The notes beneath the pieces were generated by a model. The model was given only the letters and a program-made list of their open reading frames with translations, searched no databases and was not told the DNA's origin. Both the position numbers and the translations under genes were made by a program. Of a DNA stretch of 64,000 bases, positions 57,801 to 64,000 are shown piece by piece. This stretch comes from Actinomycetes bacterium (GTDB lineage Bacteria; Actinomycetota; Thermoleophilia; RBG-16-64-13). Each line of letters starts with the position of its first letter. The first letter of the stretch is position 1. The stretch spans positions 217,139 to 281,138 of the forward strand of contig JAGXFW010000023.1 of NCBI GenBank assembly GCA_024637035.1. The letters are read 5' to 3'.

Positions 57801-58375
57801 TGCCATCGTCGTTCGTCTGGACGTACAAGTGTGCGGACTGCCATAAGACCGGCGGTCTGGCTCCGGTGCGCCATCTGGCTGAGACCACGAAGCACGTGTC
57901 CTCTCAGACCTATTGCGCGAAGTCCGGATGCCACGCCAACACGCTGAAGACGGTCCACTCGGTCGTCGGATGCAGTGCGTGCCACAGCACCACCAAGGTA
58001 CCGACCTCGTCGAATTGCCTCACCGCTGGATGCCACGCCACGGGCCTAGCCCATCATGACGTCGCTCCGACGTTCAAGTTCGGCACGACGTCATCGGCCA
58101 ACATCCAACGGGCATGCACGACGGCCTGTCACGAGCACGACAACACGCATCAAAACGGCAACGACTGCTGGGGCAGGTGTCACGGCCCGGGCCTGAGGGA
58201 GGACTTCCACACAGCGGAGTCCGACCATCAAGCGAGCAGCGCGTGCGCCAAGTGCCACAACACGAGCTCGGCTCAGGCAAGCCAGTGCAGGACGTGCCAT
58301 AGCTTCGGCTCGAACTGGTGGGTGCCGTACGACATCCCCACCCCGACGACGACGTCCACCTCGTCCCAGCGATGA
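54890..58375 (+). CDS. giant multiheme c-type cytochrome (~1161 aa) with ~43 heme-binding motifs incl. 10 CX4CH, 2 CX3CH, 1 CX7CH
   Basis: Signal MKMKKLVICITLVAAVLLLAAAAPALA (AGGAGGTG Shine-Dalgarno). 30 CxxCH; plus CLAAQCH, CIQSGCH, CGAAGCH, CQSASCH, CFDSGCH, CGQSGCH, CADPGCH, CQGSTCH, CAKSGCH, CLTAGCH (CX4CH); CTTACH, CWGRCH (CX3CH); CGNNGSGGCH. Repeated diheme modules of the form C-x4-CH-V-x-N-L-V-T-E-H...C-x-T-CH. Confidence 0.85.
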   Translation: MKMKKLVICITLVAAVLLLAAAAPALALTSTDCKNCHLAPLGEATGALVNFGVNPVTVPDKCVVCHDGVSMPGHNFAPSTLTDVDKIHRSHTGTLSFGLDMTVPPFTTCGNNGSGGCHSGVVDCEWCHGTDITHQLAAHGNSTPGTVVAGVPTRVVSNMNTAPVTKSLTCLAAQCHALQAPAAGLSQQSVLFAPSCIQSGCHGDESHTVVHEPDAALTATYATCGAAGCHDLNLVTEHVTNQALACGTCHDSTESAVVGAIAAGSAPGGAKQGCYVCHGAGAGNHTPQHALTNPVQPPTDCQSASCHVDNLVTEHIDRRALTCDTCHAGSTAVQGVITTFKAIAQNPTCEDCHGTITGHAVQHDLTNPVAPPAECQYCHPTNLLSVHINPVFPTDVNGSTWGAYNCNTCHSPSSRAYTFVTAFSASAANPNCATCHAVASVHVDRHLTTSTACFDSGCHVSTNLATLHAGYGRGCNTCHTASPRAGVREAILANNTSCEACHMSGHFDQHALPADKTIGSGYYKYSNQSSGTTDCAICHTNNVILEHTGDATTGRPAWLAANGSPLNCDTCHKSTRAAVVAAIAAAATGQLTNCDQCHTVHGTPTLEHQSPTSAPDQSCGQSGCHNANLLVEHEIRWAVEPSDTQNNTLMIGGVCNRCHLGNTGALSKTLVLTAIDNGDRTCQACHGANAGAGHTATHDPDAALSATYASCADPGCHVLNIATQHVGDTFKSGVVGSCNTCHSSTAPAYATAAIAAWKTTGAKQGCFVCHGGNAGAHLTQHALTNPVQPPVACQGSTCHVDNLVTEHVDRRALNCATCHSGSAAVQQVIATYRTGGSKATMNPMCTECHGPTAGQHVQQHELAASDCSLCHSNNLVTEHIVNNPLGCDTCHGAGASATVKSVIATYGGANPALPLCTSCHAANTYHAGATAKHTANEETDCQSCHLMMLPTEHARSTSISNSRSCGACHPLPSSFVWTYKCADCHKTGGLAPVRHLAETTKHVSSQTYCAKSGCHANTLKTVHSVVGCSACHSTTKVPTSSNCLTAGCHATGLAHHDVAPTFKFGTTSSANIQRACTTACHEHDNTHQNGNDCWGRCHGPGLREDFHTAESDHQASSACAKCHNTSSAQASQCRTCHSFGSNWWVPYDIPTPTTTSTSSQR

Positions 58376-58461
58376 CTACGATATCTCCGAAGCACGCTAC
58401 GTGTTGACGAGGTAGGTCCGATCACGATCGGCTTGTCCGATCTGAGGCCGGGCGGTAGTCC

Positions 58462-58500
58462 GAGAGAAGCGGGTCCCTTCGGGGGCCCGCTTCTCTTTGC
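58462..58500 (+). terminator. rho-independent-type terminator hairpin after cytochrome 3
   Basis: GAGAGAAGCGGGTCCC-TTC-GGGGGCCCGCTTCTCT followed by TTGC; UUCG-like loop. Confidence 0.5.
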
Positions 58501-58624
58501 GTCCACACGCCCGCCGGAATACCTGTCCGCCCGCGCGGTGCGTTGAATGGAGCGCAGCGATCGAGTGGGACGGGCGAGGGAGCCGGCGTGAATGGAGCAG
58601 GTGGGCGCGGCGCTCGGAAGATGC

Positions 58625-59641
58625 CTAGTAGGTGTAGACCACCAGCCGGCGCGCGCCGCCGTCGGACACGACGATGCGGTCGTTCGTGATGACGATGCCC
58701 TCAGGAAGGGTCAGCCGCCTGGTGTCGCCGGGGCCACGCCCGTACGTGTAGAGGAGGGCTCCGTCCGAGCCGTACACGTGCACGGCCTGGCCGAACGTGT
58801 CCACCACGTGAAGGCGGCCGAACCTGTCGAAGGCCAGGGCTCGTGGCAGCACCAGCCCTTCCTCGGTATCCGCTTGGTCGATCACCGTGACCACGCCGCT
58901 CTCCGCGCCGATCACCTGCACCCGCTCGTTGTTACTGTCGGCGACGTACACCAGACCGTCGCGATCCACCGCCAGCGCGTTCGGGAAAGAGAACTCACCA
59001 GGATGGAACCCATCGCCCCCGAAGTACCGAAGAAACGAACCGGATGTGGAGAACACCTTCACACGCTGGTCGCCGACATCGGTGAGTAGCACCTCGGTCG
59101 CTGTGACCGCTAGACCCACCGGGGAGAGGAGTTCGGAGCGGGTGCGCTCCTCCTCCGAGATGAAGTCTCCCAGGAACGAACCGTCTGGAGTGAGTCGCCA
59201 CACGCGTCCGTTGGCGGCATCCGCGACCAGGAGCGTGCCGTCGGCCAGCACGCCCACGGCCGTAGGTTGGGGATCGCGGGGCAGTTCCTGCTCGAGGTCG
59301 TCGGGCGTGATAGGGATGAAGCCGATCTGGGCTTCCTGGCCGCCGGTGAGATCGAGCACCGCGACGCGCTGACCCTCGCTATCGGCGACGTACACGCGGC
59401 TCCCCGACACCGCGGAGTTGCGCGGGCGGAACGGCCGGTCGGCCGGTGCCTCCACCGCGTAGAGGAACGAAGGCTCTCCGGCGTTCTGGCCTGGCCCGAG
59501 TGTTGTGGTGGTAGACACGACCTCCGGCGGCGCGCTGTCGACCCGCAGATAGATCGCTACCAGGGCCACGAGCGCCACCGAGAGGACCACGATCAGAGCT
59601 ATGTACAGGCGCCGAGGAGCCGCCATCACCGATGAGCTCAT
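58625..59641 (-). CDS. membrane-anchored NHL-repeat beta-propeller protein
   Basis: N-terminal TM; six NHL-like repeats (e.g. RVYVADSEGQRVAVLD, GTLLVADAANGRVWRLT, LVYVADSNNERVQVI, RLHVVDTFGQAVHVY). Confidence 0.6.
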   Translation of the reverse strand: MSSSVMAAPRRLYIALIVVLSVALVALVAIYLRVDSAPPEVVSTTTTLGPGQNAGEPSFLYAVEAPADRPFRPRNSAVSGSRVYVADSEGQRVAVLDLTGGQEAQIGFIPITPDDLEQELPRDPQPTAVGVLADGTLLVADAANGRVWRLTPDGSFLGDFISEEERTRSELLSPVGLAVTATEVLLTDVGDQRVKVFSTSGSFLRYFGGDGFHPGEFSFPNALAVDRDGLVYVADSNNERVQVIGAESGVVTVIDQADTEEGLVLPRALAFDRFGRLHVVDTFGQAVHVYGSDGALLYTYGRGPGDTRRLTLPEGIVITNDRIVVSDGGARRLVVYTY

Positions 59642-59837
59642 CCGCCCCCGCTACACGAACCGCGCACGATGAAGCGAGGCGCGACGGGCCTCTCGGCCTG
59701 TGACACCACTTGGCGGTTGAAGCACTCCTCACGCACGATATACTGTTCCTTCGACCGAGCCGACACGGCTTTTTGCAGCCACACGACGCCTTCGGCAGGC
59801 CGAAGACGCCTTCGGCAGGCTACCACCAAGGGAGCAG

Positions 59838-60842
59838 GTGTTCAAACCCGCAGAAACCGCGCAACGGGCCGTGGCGCTGCTCGGCCGCCTTCCGCTCAAG
59901 GCTCTCCTCATCGTGGTGGTCTTTCTGTTCGCCGTCGCGGAGGTTGGCTTCGTGGTCCAGGCCACCACCCAGCGCGGGTGCTCGTGGTGCCACGTGCCGG
60001 AGCGCGTCCTTGCCGAGAATTCCGCAGGCAGCCATGCCTCCGTGCGCTGCCTCGATTGCCATAGGACCCAGGGCTCGCTGAACCTGCTGGAACTGAACGT
60101 GCGTGCCGTCCGCAACCTCATCGTGCACGTGAGCCCGTTCTCAGACCCCGACGCCTCCCGGGCATTCGTCCCCTCCTCCACCTGCTTGGCATGCCACGAA
60201 GGCGAGATCGTCGACCGCCTGGCGGTGGCCAACGACATCCGCATGAGGCATTCCGACGTGCTGGACGCGCGCATCCCGTGCGCCTCATGTCACGTTCGAG
60301 CACTCCACATCGCGAGTACCGTCACAACGGGGCTCACTCACGCCAGCTGCTCCTTCTGCCACGACGGCACGACGGCCGGCACAGCGTGCAGTGTCTGTCA
60401 CATGAAAGAGCCCACTGGTGGAGCCGCCCAGCTTCCGGGCATCGAGGCGATAGTCCACGGGCCGGACGTGCGCACCATCCACGGCATGGGCGACCTCAGC
60501 ACCTGCACCACCTGCCACGCCCGCACGTTCTGCAAGAGCTGCCACGGCGTCGAGCTCCCGCACGACCCGAACGCATTCCCGCACCTCCACGGCGCCCAGG
60601 CCATAGAAGCACGCGGAGCCTGCACAGACTGCCACAAGCAGACCTTCTGCGACGCGTGTCACCAGATCGAGATGCCGCATCCCGAGGGCTTCCTACCCGA
60701 ACACGAGGTTCGGCTGCAAGAACTGGACCGAGCAACGTGCGACCGGTGCCACGTGCCTGAAGACTGTCAGTACTGCCACACCGCCCACATCCATCCGGGG
60801 CTTCCTCCTGAAGCGCTCGAGCAGCTGCGCGGCGGCGGATGA
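59838..60842 (+). CDS. membrane-anchored multiheme c-type cytochrome, 12 CxxCH, NapC/NrfH-like N-terminus (candidate quinol dehydrogenase)
   Basis: One TM helix immediately followed by the first CxxCH (VVQATTQRGCSWCH), as in NapC/NirT/NrfH. 12 CxxCH total. Confidence 0.75.
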   Translation: MFKPAETAQRAVALLGRLPLKALLIVVVFLFAVAEVGFVVQATTQRGCSWCHVPERVLAENSAGSHASVRCLDCHRTQGSLNLLELNVRAVRNLIVHVSPFSDPDASRAFVPSSTCLACHEGEIVDRLAVANDIRMRHSDVLDARIPCASCHVRALHIASTVTTGLTHASCSFCHDGTTAGTACSVCHMKEPTGGAAQLPGIEAIVHGPDVRTIHGMGDLSTCTTCHARTFCKSCHGVELPHDPNAFPHLHGAQAIEARGACTDCHKQTFCDACHQIEMPHPEGFLPEHEVRLQELDRATCDRCHVPEDCQYCHTAHIHPGLPPEALEQLRGGG

Positions 60843-60855
60843 GCGAGATGACGGC

Positions 60856-61926
60856 ATGATGTCGTTCCTCCGGACCCTGCTTACCGACATGCGCCAAGTG
60901 TGGGCAGACCCTCAAGCCGACCCGCAGAGGACCGTGGTGTTCATCGCCGCGGGCGCGATCGCGCTGCTTCTTGTGTTCGTGGTGCTCCTCATGATCCTCT
61001 CCTGGGGTCCACGCATCGAGCGAGAGAAGAAACGTCGATGGAGGGAGCGCTTCGTCACGCCTCTCCTGGTGCCCGGGGTCCTGCTCGTGTTCCTGGGCCT
61101 CTTCGTGGCCGGCGACGAGTTCGCCACCGCCCCCACCACCTGCGGCCGCTGTCACGAGATCGCGCCGAGCGTGGCGTCCTGGAACAGTTCGGATCACGCG
61201 GGGAACGACTGCCTGCGCTGCCACGGCGACCGCGGAGTCATGGGGTTCGTCGCCACCCGCGTGCGCGGACTCAGCAACCTGACGACGCACTACCTGGGCG
61301 GCGCACCCCGGCTCGACGCGGGAGTGAGCGACTCGCGCTGCCTTCGGTGCCACGGTGACATCACAACGGGAACCGCCCAGTTCGGCTCACTTCGGGTTCG
61401 CCATGAGGATTTCCTGGGCGTCGGGATCAGCTGCCTCGGATGCCACGGGCAGCCCGGTCACCTGGTCACAGAAGGGTTCGTCGAACGGCCGAGCATGGAC
61501 AAATGCTTGACCTGCCACAACAACCAGGATGCCAGTGCCGCCTGCGCGACCTGCCACCTCACCGACGTGGCCGAGATCCGCGATATCCCCGACTCCTACC
61601 CTAAGGCCCACCTGGCCGAGAAAGGCACCTGCGAAGGCTGTCATAGCCTGGAACCGTGCAAGGAGTGTCACGGCCTCGACATGCCTCATCCGCCTTCGTT
61701 CTCTACATACGAGCATGCCCCTCTGGCCGCATTCGGCGGCAAGGAGGAGCTCTGCTACCGGTGCCACGAACCCGAGGAATGCCGCGAGTGTCACCTGGCC
61801 TTCGATGCGCACGGCCCTGATTGGCAGACACGCCACGGCCTCCAACCGCCGGCGACGTCCAACTGCTCCAGCTGCCACGACGACATCCCCACCACCCCGA
61901 TCTGCGAGTTCTGCCACCAGCCATGA
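60856..61926 (+). CDS. membrane-anchored multiheme c-type cytochrome, 12 CxxCH (paralogous partner of 59838..60842)
   Basis: Two hydrophobic segments then CGRCH... 12 CxxCH; shared C-x-x-CHG-x-x-MPHP patterns with the neighbouring cytochrome. Confidence 0.75.
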   Translation: MMSFLRTLLTDMRQVWADPQADPQRTVVFIAAGAIALLLVFVVLLMILSWGPRIEREKKRRWRERFVTPLLVPGVLLVFLGLFVAGDEFATAPTTCGRCHEIAPSVASWNSSDHAGNDCLRCHGDRGVMGFVATRVRGLSNLTTHYLGGAPRLDAGVSDSRCLRCHGDITTGTAQFGSLRVRHEDFLGVGISCLGCHGQPGHLVTEGFVERPSMDKCLTCHNNQDASAACATCHLTDVAEIRDIPDSYPKAHLAEKGTCEGCHSLEPCKECHGLDMPHPPSFSTYEHAPLAAFGGKEELCYRCHEPEECRECHLAFDAHGPDWQTRHGLQPPATSNCSSCHDDIPTTPICEFCHQP

Positions 61927-63941
61927 GCAGTCCGGCGAAGGCGGCGCCTCCCCTCGCGGTGTGGGCGGCGGCTGCCGCCCTCTTCGCTCTGCCGCTGATC
62001 TACCTGCCCGACTCGCATCACGTGTACGCCCTTCCCAAGGCGACGGTGTTCCGAGCCGCCGTGATTCTCATGCTCCTTGCGGGCTTCATGCGATTGCTGG
62101 GGAAGGACGCCGGAAGACCCGTCTTCCGCGCGCCCGAGCTACTCCTCCTGGGGTTCCTCGCGTGGGTCGCGATGGCGGCGTTCACATCGGGTTGGCCCTT
62201 CGTGGCGTTGTTCGGCACCTCTCCGCGATACGAGGGTGCGCTCGGGTTCTTCGGATATGCGGCCTTCTTCTGGACGGCCTCCCGGGCTACGCTCGCGCAG
62301 ATCAAGCTCTTGCTGCGAGCGATCGCGCTCAGCGGCGCGATCCTTGGCCTCGCCGCGCTCCTCGAGATGCTCGGACCCTTCCGCCCCCCCGGGTTCGGGG
62401 CCTTCGGTCTCCGAGCCACGTCATTGATGGGCAACCCCGTGTTCCTCGGAGCGTGGATGGTCATGGCGATCCCCGCCACGCTCGCCGGGATGTGCCTCAC
62501 CCGCCGCCGCGCGGAGCTGACGTTTGCCCTGGTCGCACTCGGCCTGCAGGCGGCCGGCCTGTATCTCAGCGCCGGCCGGGGAGCCTGGCTCGGCGCGGTG
62601 GCGGGCCTGGTGGTCGCGGGTGCGCTTCTGCTCCTCGTGAGACTGCGCTCGGGAAGACTCAAGGGCCACGGGGAAGCGCGCCGCCGCGGATCCGCCCTGC
62701 CCCACCGGCCGCTCCTCGTGGGCGCGGCGGCCGCAGGCCTCATGGTGGTGGCGGTGGGGCTCACCATCGTCTTCACGCCTGGTGTGGCCGCCAGCGGCAC
62801 CCGCCTGACCGAGGCCTTCGACGCGGTCGCGCAGGGTCAAGGCGGCGGCTCGGCCGAGACCCGACTCGTCATGTGGCGCGCGACACTCGATCTGGTTGCG
62901 GAGCACCCACTGCGGGGCGCTGGCCCGGAGACCTTCCTTGGGGAGTTCCCCCGGGTGCGCCCCTTACGACTCGTGCAGTTGGAGGACGCCGCGGCCTACC
63001 CCGATCGTCCCCACAACAGCTGGCTCTATCTGGCCTACGCGACGGGACTGCCGGGGTTGGCGCTGTACGTGGGGTTCTTGCTTGCCACGGCCTTCCTGGT
63101 AGTCCGGTCCCTCCTTCGGAACCCACACCCGTCCTGGCAGCGCACGATCGTGACCTGCGCCCTGCTCGGAGGTGCGACCGCCTACGAGGTACAGGCGCTG
63201 TTCAGCTTCAGCCTCCTCTGGACGACCCCCGCCGCGATGACCTTGTTGGGCATCACGCTCGCCCTGACCACGCGCGGGGAAGTCGCGGGGGCACTCCGCG
63301 CGCCCGCCTGGGCCGCGCGGGTGGGTGGTGTCGCCCTGTTTGCCGTCGCGCTCGCCCTGCTCGCGCCCGCGGTGCGCGACCCCTGGGCCGACCGGCAGTT
63401 CAGACGCGCCGTGCACGAACCCTGGGTGGCAGTGGAGGCGACCTCCCGGGCCGTGAGTCTCTCCCCCCGCGACGCCGAGTACGTGATCGGGTACGGGCGC
63501 GCTTTGGAGGAGGCGGCCCGCGACCGAGGCGATCCTTCCCTCCTCTCCCGAGCCACCCTCGCCTACGAAGACGCCGAGCGGCGCATCCCCCACCACCCCG
63601 ATATGCTCTTCTCCATCGCCCGAGTGCAGGCCATGCGCGCTGAGCTTCAGACGGCGATCCGCACCTACGAACAGGTGCTCTCTCGCGACCGCTACCACAC
63701 GGGGGCCCTCTTCAACCTGGCGGCCATCCGCCTCGAACTCGGCGACGCTGCCGGTGCGGAGCCCCTAGCCGCGCGCATCTTGTCATACGACGAGTCAGAC
63801 GCGGGTGCCTGGTACCTGCTGGGTCGCGCCCACCAGGCGCAGGGGAGGCCCTCAGAGGCGCGGGAAGCATACGAGCGGGCCCTAACCCTCGACCCCGGTC
63901 TCGACGACGCACAGGCCGCCCTGCAGAGCCTGGGGGGCTGA
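61923..63941 (+). CDS. O-antigen ligase-like (Wzy_C) polytopic membrane protein fused to C-terminal TPR repeats
   Basis: ~11 TM helices with a large loop typical of Wzy_C/O-antigen ligase, C-terminal ~250 aa TPR. ATG at 61923 overlaps the stop of the upstream cytochrome gene (ATGA). Confidence 0.55.
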   Translation: MSSPAKAAPPLAVWAAAAALFALPLIYLPDSHHVYALPKATVFRAAVILMLLAGFMRLLGKDAGRPVFRAPELLLLGFLAWVAMAAFTSGWPFVALFGTSPRYEGALGFFGYAAFFWTASRATLAQIKLLLRAIALSGAILGLAALLEMLGPFRPPGFGAFGLRATSLMGNPVFLGAWMVMAIPATLAGMCLTRRRAELTFALVALGLQAAGLYLSAGRGAWLGAVAGLVVAGALLLLVRLRSGRLKGHGEARRRGSALPHRPLLVGAAAAGLMVVAVGLTIVFTPGVAASGTRLTEAFDAVAQGQGGGSAETRLVMWRATLDLVAEHPLRGAGPETFLGEFPRVRPLRLVQLEDAAAYPDRPHNSWLYLAYATGLPGLALYVGFLLATAFLVVRSLLRNPHPSWQRTIVTCALLGGATAYEVQALFSFSLLWTTPAAMTLLGITLALTTRGEVAGALRAPAWAARVGGVALFAVALALLAPAVRDPWADRQFRRAVHEPWVAVEATSRAVSLSPRDAEYVIGYGRALEEAARDRGDPSLLSRATLAYEDAERRIPHHPDMLFSIARVQAMRAELQTAIRTYEQVLSRDRYHTGALFNLAAIRLELGDAAGAEPLAARILSYDESDAGAWYLLGRAHQAQGRPSEAREAYERALTLDPGLDDAQAALQSLGG

Positions 63942-64000
63942 TCAGAGCAGCCGGTCGAGCTCCTGCTTTGCCGGCATGAACCCGGGGTCGACCACGAGGG

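Noticed and set aside
1-64000. rRNA, tRNA, CRISPR, IS or transposase search
   Set aside because: No tRNA-like T-arm/acceptor patterns, no rRNA-like conserved stretches, no terminal inverted repeats or transposase or integrase ORFs were seen. The absence is noted and no such features are called.
63944-64000. Possible 3' end of a minus-strand gene running off the window (…LVVDPGFMPAKQELDRLL*)
   Set aside because: Only 19 codons are visible; too short to support a call.

Overview
This 64 kb window is high-GC (about 68%) bacterial DNA with tight, mostly co-directional operons. It contains no rRNA, tRNA, CRISPR array or obvious transposase. It splits into two parts.

Positions 1–17.5 kb hold C1/cofactor metabolism and housekeeping genes. 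The window opens with the 5' end of a methylene-tetrahydromethanopterin dehydrogenase-like gene. Downstream are a DUF447 protein, beta-RFAP synthase, an AfpA/DmrB-type flavoprotein and an iron-sulfur flavoprotein, which together form an H4MPT-type cofactor module. These are followed by an aquaporin, a 509-aa Cys-motif protein of unknown function and a DUF2180 zinc-ribbon protein. The last two are each preceded at the same distance by one copy of a conserved ~70-nt element. Next come alanine dehydrogenase, a GntR regulator, a BMP-family ABC transporter, a class-V (serine/alanine–glyoxylate type) aminotransferase, a PNPOx-like protein and a PEP-utilizing enzyme.

Positions 17.5–64 kb look like a large extracellular/periplasmic electron-transfer island. 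This is the stretch most worth a second look. It holds three giant multiheme c-type cytochromes of 1696, 1687 and about 1161 aa. They carry about 16, 12 and 43 heme-binding motifs respectively. The third includes ten CX4CH, two CX3CH and one CX7CH non-canonical sites in repeated diheme modules. The first two carry S-layer-type Ig-like repeats. Each of those two is flanked by TPR proteins and by its own paralogous System II cytochrome c maturation genes (ResB/CcsA). The island also holds two adjacent membrane-anchored NapC/NrfH-like cytochromes, each with 12 CxxCH motifs, followed by an O-antigen-ligase/TPR fusion protein that could be an O-oligosaccharyltransferase. Futalosine-pathway menaquinone genes (mqnA, two mqnC/mqnE-family radical SAMs, mqnP-like, mqnL-like UbiD, menG) sit in the same region, together with rex–hemL, two PRC-barrel proteins and an NHL propeller. 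A small VapBC plus DUF4143-ATPase islet with an AT-rich promoter interrupts the menaquinone genes.

Gene products were assigned from recalled family motifs only. No database searches were run.
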